DNA from: Selaginella moellendorffii
Taxonomy: Eukaryota; Plantae; Lycopodiophyta
Direction of reading: 5' to 3'
DNA length: 64,000 bases
Assembly: GCF_000143415.4 (NCBI RefSeq)
Contig: NW_003314304.1
Span: 316,169-380,168, forward strand
A program made the position numbers and the translations under genes. Shown piece by piece: positions 37,324 through 49,588 of the stretch; the first letter of the stretch is position 1; each line of letters starts with the position of its first letter. The notes under the pieces are model-generated. The model made no database searches. It saw only the letters and a program-made list of their open reading frames with translations, and was not told where the DNA came from.

Positions 37324-40300
37324 ATGGCAAGAGCTTTGATGTTTGTCGCCTTACAGTGGATGTTCCTGGATTCGCTTCTGGCAGCGTCTACAGCGGAGAT
37401 CTCGGCTATCAGAGACATTGCCTCCGCCCTAGGAGTGCCGGCCACGGTCTGGAACACGAGCACGGATCCCTGCAGTGGAAGATGGAGGGGAATCAGCTGC
37501 TGCAACGCACAACGACTGAACTCTACCTGCTGTTCCTCCATCTACAATCCGTTTCCGCCTGTAAGCACCCCTTGTCCAGACTCCTCCTCCGCAAACTCGT
37601 CCACCATCGTCGGAGTGTCTCTCGACTCCAATTTCATCATGCGAGTGTTGAGTGGTTCTCTCCCCGATTCCGTCTGTAATTTGACGTCATTGGTTACTCT
37701 GGATCTCAACAACAACAACTTACAAGGCCCGATTCCTCGCTGCATCGGAATCCGGCTGACACGGCTCAAGAGGCTCGGGATGGCTGGAGGTGCAGGGAAC
37801 CTCGGAACCATTCCGGAGGAGCTCGGGAGCTTGAGCAGCTTGGAGCAGCTTTATCTGGATAACACCAACTTGACAGGGCCAATCCCAAGCTCTTTCGGAG
37901 GTATGACAAGCCTCCAGCAGCTGGATATTAGATACAATAGATTATCAGGAAGGATTCCATTGGAGCTGGGAAGGTTGACTAACCTCGTGGAGCTGGGAAT
38001 TCAAGTGAACAGCTTGGAAGGTGGCATCGAGGCCGTGGCCAGCTTGACACGCCTCGAGATTTTGACAGCCTTTAACAACCATTTTTCCGGGAACTTGAGC
38101 CTGTCCATCTTCCGGAACCTGTCCAGCCTCAGGGTGTTGAATCTCAAGTTAAACAACTTCACGGGTGGCATACCTGAGCTCGATGAAAGATTTGTCAATC
38201 TAACTCATCTCGACTTGAGCTTCAACCAGCTCTCCCGCGGCATTCCAGGCTCCCTGGTTAGACTCCCTTCTCTCACACATCTCTTCCTCGGCCACAACAA
38301 TCTTTCGGGAGCCATTCCTTCTTCACCTCCGCCGGCTCTCCAGGTTCTGGATGTCTCCCACAATTCTCTCAGTGGCTCCTTGCCGAATCTACCACAGCAG
38401 CTGCAAGTCGACTTCTCCTTCAATTCCCTGAACTCGGTCTCTTCTTCAGCTGGTGGAAACGGGCAAGGATACTTCAACTGCATCGCTCCCGGACTATCAT
38501 GCAACCGGTCACTGCCTGGAAGATCCACTTCATTCGCGGTTCGCGTAGGTAGCTCCCAGAACTTGACGAACAGGGACGGTACTCTCTTTCGCAGTGACGG
38601 TTTTGCACGAAACTCCACAGGTCTCCACTACTTGGAAGCTGACAGAAACTGGGCGCTGGAACTCTCGAGTGAATTCAGCAGCACGGTGACAGTCCCAGCA
38701 ACGATCAGTGGAGTACCTCCCGAGGACGATCCCTCTCTTTATCAAACCATGAGGTGGTCATCTTCCTATCTTGCCTACCATGGTGGCAACCTGGCTCCTG
38801 GAACTTACAGCGTCTCACTGTACTTTTGCGAGACTGTCTTCACCAACGCGAGCTATCGAGCCATGGACGTCGTGGTTCAAGGTGAAGTGATCGCTAGGCA
38901 GCTCGACGTTGTGAGAGAAGTTGGACCCCGGACAGCGTACAAGATCACCAGGAACGCCACGGTCACTGATGGAAGCTTGTCCATCGAGTTCATCTTCACC
39001 GGGCCCGACCGCTACATCAATCCAAACATCTTCCGACTCGCGCCACAATCTGGAGCAATGGTGTCTGCTATCTCGGTAAGATCCTTCGATCACGTAGACT
39101 CTCTGGGCAGTAATTCCTCGAGAACCTGGAAGGTAGCAGTAGCAGCGTCAGTCTCCGCAGCAGCTGCTGCCATCGCAGTTATCATCATCGTCGCCATCTT
39201 CTTTTGCAAGAGATCCAGGAAGAACTTTCGGGCAAAGAGTTTTTCTATCTACAGTGACACCGTTGGGATCAAAGTCTACAGCTACAAGGAACTCTACGAG
39301 GCAACCGATGGATTCAATCCAACGAAGAAGCTCGGGCAAGGAGGATTCGGCAGCGTCTACGTGGGGAACTTGCAAGACCAAACTCTCGTGGCAGTCAAGC
39401 AACTCCTCCATCAAACCCAGCAAGGCCGGGAGGCTTTCCGGAAAGAAATCCGGATTCTAAGCAGCGTCCAGCACAGGAATCTCGTGGCAGTGAGAGGATA
39501 CTGCCTCGAGGCCGAGCATCCAATGCTGGTATGCGACTACATGCGCAATGGAAGCCTAGACCAGTTCCTACACGGGAGCAGGGGATTTCTCACCTGGAAT
39601 CAGCGCCGGAAGATCGCGATCGACACCGCATTTGGCCTGGCGTACCTCCACGATGAATCCAAGCACCGGATCATCCACTGCGACCTCAAACCGCCAAACA
39701 TCCTCCTGGACGACGATATGATGCCGCGCATCGCGGATTTCGGCATGGCGAGGCTGTACGAGGAGGGGAAATCGCACGTCACGGCCACAAAAATGGGAGG
39801 GACGATCGGCTACCTCGCCCCAGGTAAGAAGAAAGAACTGATTTGTAGGATTCTTGAGCTAGGGTTTATTGATAATTCTTCTCTCGCAGAGTACGCGATG
39901 CACTACCAGCTCTCCGACAAGGCGGATGTCTACAGCTATGGCGTGGTGCTGCTGGAGATTATCAGCGGCCGGCGGGCGATCGATAGCGCGGCGCCTCGCG
40001 AGGAGGTGGTTTTGGTGGATTTTGCGCAGAGCTTGGCGTCGATCTCGACGCTGGAGCTTGTGACGCTGCTGGATAAGAAGCTGGAGGGGGAGGGAGGGGA
40101 GATTAGCGTGGCAGAGGTTGTAGATATGGCTAGGGTCGCTGTGCTGTGCACGCTCGAGAATCCATCGCTGCGGCCGAGAATGCGGGCCGTGTGGCTCATG
40201 CTCAAGGGCACGATGGAGATTCCAGACATTCCCGCGATGCTGGACACCAGGTATAATGCCGTCAGGGCGCTCATGAGTGCTTACGAGCGATCGCAAGCAA

Positions 40301-40341
40301 CGAGTGATTGCGCTGAGGCTGTTCTTCTCAGCCCGCGATAG
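37324..40341 (+). CDS. LRR-malectin receptor-like kinase 1 (non-RD)
   Basis: Signal peptide, LRRs, malectin-like domain (LYQTMR...YSVSLYFCETVF...MDVVVQG), TM and kinase GQGGFG/VAVK/HCDLKPPN/DFG. Single intron 39824-39889. Confidence 0.93.
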   Translation: MARALMFVALQWMFLDSLLAASTAEISAIRDIASALGVPATVWNTSTDPCSGRWRGISCCNAQRLNSTCCSSIYNPFPPVSTPCPDSSSANSSTIVGVSLDSNFIMRVLSGSLPDSVCNLTSLVTLDLNNNNLQGPIPRCIGIRLTRLKRLGMAGGAGNLGTIPEELGSLSSLEQLYLDNTNLTGPIPSSFGGMTSLQQLDIRYNRLSGRIPLELGRLTNLVELGIQVNSLEGGIEAVASLTRLEILTAFNNHFSGNLSLSIFRNLSSLRVLNLKLNNFTGGIPELDERFVNLTHLDLSFNQLSRGIPGSLVRLPSLTHLFLGHNNLSGAIPSSPPPALQVLDVSHNSLSGSLPNLPQQLQVDFSFNSLNSVSSSAGGNGQGYFNCIAPGLSCNRSLPGRSTSFAVRVGSSQNLTNRDGTLFRSDGFARNSTGLHYLEADRNWALELSSEFSSTVTVPATISGVPPEDDPSLYQTMRWSSSYLAYHGGNLAPGTYSVSLYFCETVFTNASYRAMDVVVQGEVIARQLDVVREVGPRTAYKITRNATVTDGSLSIEFIFTGPDRYINPNIFRLAPQSGAMVSAISVRSFDHVDSLGSNSSRTWKVAVAASVSAAAAAIAVIIIVAIFFCKRSRKNFRAKSFSIYSDTVGIKVYSYKELYEATDGFNPTKKLGQGGFGSVYVGNLQDQTLVAVKQLLHQTQQGREAFRKEIRILSSVQHRNLVAVRGYCLEAEHPMLVCDYMRNGSLDQFLHGSRGFLTWNQRRKIAIDTAFGLAYLHDESKHRIIHCDLKPPNILLDDDMMPRIADFGMARLYEEGKSHVTATKMGGTIGYLAPGKKKELICRILELGFIDNSSLAEYAMHYQLSDKADVYSYGVVLLEIISGRRAIDSAAPREEVVLVDFAQSLASISTLELVTLLDKKLEGEGGEISVAEVVDMARVAVLCTLENPSLRPRMRAVWLMLKGTMEIPDIPAMLDTRYNAVRALMSAYERSQATSDCAEAVLLSPR

Positions 40342-40998
40342 AAGTGGTATGGATCAAACAGGAGTTCTCACTTACCTTGTTCAGTCTTGAGAAGCGATTT
40401 GATTGATAGTTTTTGACACAATGAAACCAGAAGTTTCGCAAGCTACTGGATGTGAACGATCAGAAGAAGTTTCCAAGCATGACAAGCTATCAACGCTGCC
40501 GAAAAGTTGCAGAAGGTATGAACTAGTTCTACTTAGTGTAGTTGGGACCATCGATTTACTCGACTCTCTTTCAGGAGTTTCCGTGCAACGACGCTGTGGG
40601 ACTCCGCCGCAACAGAAGGACATATAGAAAATGGATAAGTTGTCTCAAAGGGACCTGAAAAGGCACTCTTTTTGAGCACAGCAGCCGAATAGAAGTCAAT
40701 CCCGGCGAGCTCTTCCATTTTCTACTGGTATTCGGAACAGGAACCAGCCAGCAACCTGTGCGCTGTATCAGCCAACCAGGATAAGCAGTGTTTGATTTGC
40801 GAGTCAAGAAATACAGGTGAGTGCTTGGAGTTCTACTCAATCACGTTAATTGATTCGTCTTTCAGGTGGAAATCCGAGTAAGCGAGCAACGAACGTCACA
40901 GGGGCCTTTGCTGACGTACCGCAAAAATTAACAGTAGCAGCAGAGATGAGCGTAAAAAGGAGGATCAACTTAGCAGAAGAAGATGGATGTAATCAGCG

Positions 40999-43900
40999 AT
41001 GTGGGGAAGCGTATCATGGACGATTGTGTCCATTTGGTTTCTTCGAATCACAGACGCGGCAAGTGTTTTGGAGACTACAAGCTTGATTGCAGCAGCTTCA
41101 GTGCTGGGCATTGCTCCAGGGACATGGAACTTCTCCACGGATCCGTGTGTAGGGGGATGGACAGGTGTAGGCTGCTGCAGGAACAACTCACGGGCTCTGT
41201 GCTGCGCATTCCCGCAAATCTATCCAGCGACACCACCGCTGACACCGTGCGAGCGGACAGCAGACGCTCAAGTCTCGGCTTTGATCCTCCGGTCTGATCT
41301 CTTCGGCAACCAGCTCCTCAACGGAACACTTCCGGAAGCTCTGTGCAACCTTACGTCTCTGAGGATTCTGGACCTGGGCTTCCAACGTCTGCGTGGACAA
41401 GTTCCAGGATGCATTGGCAGCAGATTGAGCAGCCTGCAAATCCTCCGTATGGGTGAGAACAGATTCAGTGGCAGCATTCCCGAAGAGCTAGGCGAATTGA
41501 GAAGTCTTCAGCAGCTTTTTTTGGATACAACAAATATCTCGGGTCCCATTCCTGCGTCTCTGGGAAGGCTGAGCAACCTCACCAGTCTCAACCTCTGGAA
41601 CAATGCGCTTGAAGGTGATCTTCCCGAGGAGATCGGCCAGCTGAGTAACTTAGTCGCGCTCTCGCTTCAGGGAAACAGGCTTACTGGACGTATTCCTGAC
41701 AGCTATGGCAACCTTGCCAACTTGCGAACCTTGAGGCTTTTCAACAATGAGCTCTCTGGAGGTATCAGCTCGTCGGTCTTCCAAGGCATGACTTCTCTCA
41801 CGTATGTGAGCTTGAGACACAACAGGTTCAGCGGTCCTATCCCGGATTTTGGCGTCGGGTTCAGCTTGAGCACGGTCGACTTGGGATTCAATGAATTCTC
41901 GGGGCCACTGCCGGGTTCTCTTGGAGGTCTTTCTTCCTTGACAAGCTTGTTCATCGATCACAACAGGCTCAATGGCAGTATTCCGGACAGCTTTGGTTCT
42001 TTACCTGCGTTGGCTCAACTGGATATCTCACACAACATGCTCACCGGGTCCTTACAGTCTCTAGGAGGGAACACTCAGCTCACACAGTTAGATGTTTCCT
42101 TCAACTTTTTCAACATCTCTAGCGCTCCAGCATCCGTCCCGCAGCAGCCAAACCTCAACGCTTACTTCAACTGCGTCCCTTCCGGTTCTTCTGGCACTTG
42201 CTCCAGCTCGCCTCCCGGTGGAAGGCCTTTCTTCGCTGTCAATGCCGGTGGCAATGCTTTAAGCAGCACTACAGGCAGCAGGGTCCAGGTAGCATTCGAT
42301 TCGGACGCAAATTCAAACAATCAGAGCGTGGGATTTTTCTATGGATCAGGACCAGGTTTATGGGCTTTAGAAGTTTCGGGCAGTGAAGGTGGTCCACTTG
42401 CGTTCGAAGGCTTCATCAATGTGACCGGTGCTGGGGGTACGGAGGAGGGGCTCTACCGAAGCATGCGTTGGTCTTCCTCTTACATCGCATATCACGGTTA
42501 TTCTCTAAGACCAGGGAACTATACAGTGATGCTCTACTTTGCCGAGCTTGTGTTCACGGAGCCGGGATACAGGATCTTCGACGTTGTCCTCCAAGGAAGA
42601 GTTGTGTGGGAGAACCTGGACATTGCTAGAGAAGCTGGAGCTCGAGCAGCGTACGTGATGAGTCGTAACATCACCATTAACAACAGTGGCAGCGTTTCGG
42701 TCGAGCTGGTTTACAAGGGTCGAGACAGATTCTCATTAAATCTCGGTCCCTGGGCAGTGAGAAACCCCGGCCCGATTGTCTCGGCAATCTCAGTCGTTTC
42801 AGTCGACTACAGGGGCGAGGGAGGGAACTCGGCATCTTTGAGCTCGGGCCAGATAGCCGGAACAGCACTTGGAAGTGGAGCAGCCTTGCTCATTCTCGTA
42901 GCGTTGCTAGTGTATATATGCAAAGGCAAGCGTGCTGGGGTAGCAGCTTCGACTACAACGAATGGTCCTACAAACCAGCAAGCCTCTCTCCTGGATGCTG
43001 GGGGCATTTTCACATACCAAAAGCTCCATGACGCTACAGGAGGCTTCAGTGATAAGCTCGGAGAAGGAGGATTTGGAGCTGTGTACAAGGGGACACTCCC
43101 AAACGGGACTGTTATCGCTGTGAAACAGCTCGTCAAGCACTCTCAACAGGTTGAGGAGGATTTCAAGCGAGAAATTTCCATCATCAGCAAAGTCCGCCAC
43201 CGGAACTTGCTGGCAGTGATTGGCTACTCTCTTGAGTCGGACGTCCCGATGCTCGTCTGCGAGTTTATTCCCAATGGGAGCTTGGATAAGTGGCTATTTC
43301 GTCTGCGTGAGAGTGCTTTGAGCTGGGAGGCTAGAAGAGCGATCGCGATCGGAGTTTCTTGTGGGCTTGCCTACTTGCATGACGAGTCCAACCTGAGGAT
43401 CATACACTGCGATGTGAAGCCCGCCAACATCCTTCTCGACGAGGATTTCAATCCCCGGCTCGCAGACTTTGGACTGGCAAGGCTGTACGACGAGAGGGAG
43501 TCTCATGTCACAGCGACGAGATTGAAAGGCACGGCAGGCTATCTAGCACCAGGTAAGCTTGAGTTTCTCTTCTCTTTGGATTGTACTTGATTTTTTTCTT
43601 TTCATGTTCTCGTAGAATACGCCATGCAACTCCAGCTCTCGGACAAAGTTGACGTATACAGCTTTGGGGTGGTGTTGCTGGAGCTCTTGAGCGGGAGGCG
43701 CGCTGTGGAGCTCTCGGCTCCCTCGGAACAGATCGTTCTTGTGGACTGGGCTCACAAGGAGGCCGAGATCCCAGCGAACTTGCTGGACATCGTGGACAGG
43801 AAGCTCCAGGGGGGCTTTGTGGAGCAGGAGGCCAGGGACATGGCCAGCATCGCCATCCTTTGCACGCAACGCTCGCCGGCGCTGCGTCCAAAGATGCAGG

Positions 43901-44115
43901 CAGTGTGGCTCATGCTCACGGGCGCGGTCAAGGTTCCAGAGTTCTTGGAGAACTTGACGGCAGTCATCCCTTCTTCTTCCGGAGGATCGACGAGCCAGAC
44001 CTTGAGTTCTGGGAACTTGTCGGAGACGTCAATCGCGGCATTTAGATCTTTGCGAGTCTTTGGGAGGGTTGCGAGTCCGGAGAGCTTTTCTTCCTCGAAG
44101 GCCGTGACACAGTAG
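40999..44115 (+). CDS. LRR-malectin receptor-like kinase 2 (non-RD)
   Basis: Same architecture, catalytic loop HCDVKPAN. Intron 43553-43615. Confidence 0.93.
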
Positions 44116-44816
44116 AGGCTACAAGCTAAGGGTTTAGCCCTCGATAGAAGTCCATGGATCAAGCAGGAAGTGTTATTTCTCACGCCAGTTTCCATGAGAA
44201 GCGATTGATTGGATGGTACAATACTCGCTATCAGCTTGCGATCAGAAGAAGGTTCCAAGCATGGGCAAGCACAAGCTATCAACTCGTCTCTCCTTGCCGA
44301 AAATACGGTGTCAATGCAAAAGGTATGAACTCTTGGCGTAGTTATTCCTGGGGACCATATCTGGTGGACTTTGCAGGAGCTCGCTATGGACTCCGCCGAC
44401 AGAAGTTGCTCGTCTCGGGATTTCGAAAGGGACAAGGATATCAATGAAAAGTTTCACACGTTTTGAGCTCAGCAGCCGAGAACGTAGAAGTCAAGTCCGT
44501 CAGCCAGCGAGAGCTCTTGCAATTTCTACTGGCACTGAGGAAAGGGACCGGCCAACAACGTATAGGATAAGCAGCTCTTGTGGGGTCTGATTTGCGAGTC
44601 AAGAAACACACAGGTCAGTGAGTCCTATTCTATCACGTTAATTGATTGTGTTTTCCAGTGTAATTCGAGGACGCCAGCGAAGACCGTCACGCTGGCCCTT
44701 GCTGATGTGTATGGAAGACAATGGCAGCGGACAAAAGTACCGTGTAAAGATTGAAGCAGAGATAAGCGCAAGATCGGGATCAACTTAGTAGCAGAAGAGA
44801 TGTTCTGCCAAGAGCG

Positions 44817-47800
44817 ATGTGGAGAAGCGTATCATGGCTTTCGACGATTCTGCCCATCTGGTTTCTTCGCATCACGGACGGGGCAAGTGTTTTGGAGACT
44901 ACAAGCTTGATTGCAGCAGCTTCAGTGCTGGGCATTGCTCCAGGGACATGGAACTTCTCCACGGATCCGTGTGTAGGGGGATGGACAGGCGTAGGCTGCT
45001 GCAGGAACAACTCAGACGCTCTATGCTGCGCATTCCCGCAAATCTATCCGCCGACACCACCGCTGACACCGTGCGAGCGGACAGCAGACGCTCAAGTCTC
45101 GGCTTTGATCCTCCGGTCTGATCTCTTTGGCAACCAGCTGCTCAATGGCACTCTTCCGGAAGCTCTGTGCAACCTTACGTCTCTGAGGATTTTGGACCTG
45201 GGCTTGCAGCGTCTGAGTGGTCAAATTCCAGGATGCATTGGCAGCAGATTGAGCGGCCTGCAAATCCTCAGGATTGGCGACAACAGATTCAACGGGAGCA
45301 TTCCCGAAGAGCTAGGCGAATTGAGAAGTCTCCAGCAGCTTTTTTTGGATACCACAAACATCTCGGGTCCCATTCCTGCGTCTCTGGGAAGGCTGAGCAA
45401 CCTCACGAATCTCAACCTCCGGAGCAATGCGCTCGAGGGTGATCTTCCCGAAGAGATAGGCCAGCTGAGTAACTTAGTCGAGCTCTCGCTTCAGGTAAAC
45501 AGGCTTACTGGAAGTATTCCTGATAGCTATGGCGACCTTACCAACTTGCAAACCTTCAGGCTTTTCAACAATGAGCTCTCTGGAGGTGTCAGCTCGTCAG
45601 TCTTGCAAGGCATGACTTCTCTCACGGATTTGAACTTGAGGCACAACAGGTTTAGCGGTCCTGTCCCGGACTTTGGCCTCGACTCGAGGTTGAGCACGGT
45701 CGACTTGGGATTCAATGAATTCTCGGGGCCATTGCCGGGTTCTCTTGGAGGTCTTTCTTCCTTGACAAGCTTGTTCATCGGTCACAACAGGCTCAATGGC
45801 AGCATTCCGGACAACTTTGGTTCTTTTCCTGCGTTGGCTCAACTGGATATCTCACACAACATGCTCGCCGGGTCCTTACAGTCTCTAGGAGGGAACACTC
45901 AGCTCACACAGTTGGATGTTTCCTTCAATTTTTTCAACATCTCTAGCGCTCCAACACCCGTTCCGCAGCAGCCAAATCTCGGCTCGAACGCTTACTTCAA
46001 CTGCGTCCCTTCTGGTTCGTCTGGGACTTGCTCCAGCTCGCCTCCTGGTGAAAGGCTTTTCTTCGCTGTCAATGCTGGTGGCAATGGTTTAAGCAGCACT
46101 ACAGGCAGCACGGTCCAGGTAGCATTCGATTCGGACGCAAATCCAAACAATCAGAGCGTGGGATTTTTCTATGGATCGGGACCAGGTTTATGGGCTTTAG
46201 AGGTTTCCGGAAGTGAAGGTGGTACACTTCCGTTCCAAGGCTTCATCAATATGACCGGTGCTGGGAATACAGAGCAGGAGCTCTACCGAAGCATGCGTTG
46301 GTCTTCCTCGTACATCGCATATCACGGGTATTCTCTAAGACCAGGGAACTATACAGTGATGCTCTACTTTGCCGAGCTCGTGTTCACGGAGCCGGGATAC
46401 AGGATCTTCGACGTTGTCCTCCAAGGAAGAGTTGTGTTGGAGAACCTGGACATTGCGAGAGAAGCTGGAGCTCGAGCAGCGTACGTGATGAGTCGTAACA
46501 TCACCATCAACAACAGTGGCAGTGTTTCGGTCGAGCTGGTTTACAGGGGTCGGGACAGGTACTTGGATATTGGTCCATGGACGTTGAGAAACTCCGGCCC
46601 GATTGTCTCGGCAATCTCAGTCGTTTCGGTCGACTACAGGGGCGAGGTAGGAAACTCAACGTCTTTGAGCTCGGGCCAGATAGCGGGTATAGCACTTGGA
46701 AGTGGAGTAGCCTTACTCGTCCTCATAGGGTTCCTTGTGTATATATCCCGTAGAGGCAAAGGCAAGCGGGCTGGCAGAGCAGCTTCGACTACATCAAGGC
46801 GTTCTACAGACCAGCAAGCCTCTTTCCTGGATGCTGGCATTTTTACGTACCAGGAGCTCCATGATGCTACTCAAGGTTTCAGTGACAAGCTCGGGGAAGG
46901 AGGATTTGGAGCTGTGTACAAGGGGACACTCCCAAGCGGGACTGTTATCGCTGTGAAACAGCTGGTCAAGCACACTCAACAGATTGAGGATGATTTCAAG
47001 CGAGAGATTTCCATCATCAGCAAAGTCCGCCACCGGAACTTGCTGGCAGTGATTGGCTACTCTCTTGAGTCGGACGTCCCGATGCTCGTCTGCGAGTTTA
47101 TTCCCAATGGGAGCTTGGATAAGTGGCTGTTTCGTCGGCGTGAGAATGCTCTGAGCTGGGAGGCTAGAAGAGCGGTCGCGATTGGAGTTGCTTGTGGGCT
47201 TGCCTACTTGCACGACGAGTCCAAGCCGAGTATCATACACTTGGACGTGAAGCCCGGCAACATCCTTCTCGACGAGGATTTCAATCCCCGGCTCGCAGAC
47301 TTTGGGCTAGCAAGGCTGTACGACGAGAAGGAGTCTCATGTTACGGCGACGAGATTGAAAGGCACGGCCGGATATCTAGCACCAGGTAAGCTTGAGTTTC
47401 TCTTCTCTTTGGATTGTGCTTGATATTTCTGTTTTGATCTTCTCGTAGAATACGCCATGCACCTCCAGCTCTCGGACAAAGTTGACGTATACAGCTTTGG
47501 GGTGGTGTTGCTGGAGCTCTTGAGCGGGAGGCGTGCAGTGGAGCTCTCGGCTCCCTCGGAACAGATCGTTCTTGTGGACTGGGCTCACAAGGAGGCCGAG
47601 ATCCCAGATAACTTGCTGGACATCGTGGACAGGAAGCTACATGGGGACTTTGTGGCGGAGGAAGCCAGGGACATGGCCAGCATCGCCATCCTTTGCACGC
47701 AACGCTCGGCGGCGCTGCGTCCAAAGATGCAGGCTGTGTGGCTCATGCTCACGGGAGCGGTCAAGGTTCCAGAGTTCTTGGAGAACTTGTCGGCGGTCCT

Positions 47801-47951
47801 TCCTTCTTCTTCCGGAGGATCGACGAGCCAGAGCGTGAGCTCTGGGAACTTGGCGGAGTCCTCAATCAGCGCGGCATTTCGATCTTTGCGAGTTTTTGGG
47901 AGGGTTGTGAGCCCGGACAATTTTTCTTCCTCGAAGGCCGTGACACAGTAG
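44817..47951 (+). CDS. LRR-malectin receptor-like kinase 3 (non-RD), recent tandem duplicate of copy 2
   Basis: Highly similar to copy 2 at DNA level, catalytic loop HLDVKPGN. Intron 47386-47448. Confidence 0.93.
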
Positions 47952-48017
47952 AGGTTACAAGCTAAAGCTCCGTGCGTAAGCTCTTTCCTTTTTTTTTCTT
48001 GGCTCTTTTTCGGTCTC

Positions 48018-49176
48018 TCATTTCTCGATTCCTCCAGCGATCACGGACAGCAGATTGTTGCCGAAAGGATCACTGAGATGAGTCGTCAAGTTCTCCACGG
48101 GACCCTCGCCAGTCGCGTAAGCTTGGATGAAAAATCCCAGCATTGCAAACATTGCCAATCTCCCGTTTTTAATCTCCTTTACTTTGAGTAGAGCGAAGTT
48201 GTCTGGGTCCTTTGCGAGGCCCAAAGGATCGAATGGACCTCCCGGGTGGAGCCTGTCCAATCCCTGCCAGGTTCTCCCAAGTTGTTTCAAAAACTTTCTA
48301 AAGAACTTTGGTTTCTTACCAGGTTGTTTATCGATCTGTAGTACTCAGCTCCTCCAACAAGGATCACCTCGGCAAGGACAGCCAGGACGAGGTTGATTGG
48401 AATGTTTGCTCCGAAGTAATTCAGCGTGCCACCGTCGAGAAGCAGTGCTCCAGTCTAGAGGATAAAAGCAAAGATCTAAAAGCTCTCGAGAAAGTTTGCT
48501 AGAACAAACCTTGAACCACACTGCCTCGGGGCCACACTGTGCTCCAAACTTGTTGAAAGCCTCGGGAATAACAAATCCAGCAGCGCCGAGCATCGCCCAT
48601 CGAGCGTGGATGAGTTCGTAGGCTTGATATCTAGAAGAACAAAGATCAATCGAAAAGAAGGAACGATTTGCATGGATGTTTCTTACTTGTCGAAGTCCGC
48701 TGGCTTCTTGCTCAGTCCAAATGGATCAAAGCCATAGCTGCGAGAAGAAAGAGCTACGTTTGGATCTCAAGCCTTTCATGGAACGCAAAGAAGAACTTAC
48801 TCTCCAGGAACTTCTCCTGTCAAGTACTCTGGCACGTCCGATCGATCGAGAATTCCCTCGGGGAGATAGATCCTTCTCGACTCCCCTGGAAAATCCAATG
48901 CCAAAGATTTAAATCTCCCAAGAATTGCGATGGACTTGGGCAATGGAGAGAAGAGATTTCCAGCAATGTAGATGTTAGGGCTCTTGGAAGGAACTCACCA
49001 TACCACTTCGCGAGCTCATCGTTGGCTGGAGCTGGCGCTTTGGCCTTGGGCTTGGCGGCCTTCTTCTTCTTTAGCAGTGCCTGGACTGTGGATGATCTAC
49101 TGCTCCTTCCGGCGACTGGCAAGGCGCCCGCTACCACTGCTCGTCCCAGAATCTCGGGCCTCGCCAAAGCCGCCAT
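48018..49176 (-). CDS. LHCB5: Photosystem II minor antenna protein CP26
   Basis: ELAKWYG...[68 protein letters not shown] and HLSDPFGNN. Multi-exon. Confidence 0.95.
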
Positions 49177-49588
49177 TGCCAGCTCAAGAAATCAAAGCTT
49201 TGTTTCTCCCCTCTACTACGTCTCTCTCCACAACCCGCGATCTCCACACTCGTATCCCCAATCCGACGGCCCAGATGCGCCGCATCCAACGGCTGGTAGA
49301 TTTTGAGTTTGTGTGGCGGGAATAATTCGTGGAGATTGCAGGCTATCCAAAACCAGCCAATGGGAGACCAGCACTAGATTATTGGATGAATCAGTTTTTT
49401 CTAACACAAATTCAAGGATAGCAAATTTTTCGATCGATCGTTTTTTCTTCCATTTCACTGTCAAGCTTTTCGAACCGATCGATGTTTAGAGCCTGCAAAG
49501 CTCCAAAATATCATGGAGAAGACAAAATAGGAGCTACTCAAAATTGTGAGCTTCCGCCAAAACTTTCGTGCTGAATTCGACGCTTACG

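Larger units (their letters stand above)
40328..47966 (+). repeat. Tandem duplication, ~3.8-kb unit (about 40328-44130 and 44134-47966)
   Basis: The upstream intergenic regions and genes align. Both units end in GTGACACAGTAGAGG(C/T)TACAAGCTAA. Confidence 0.88.
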
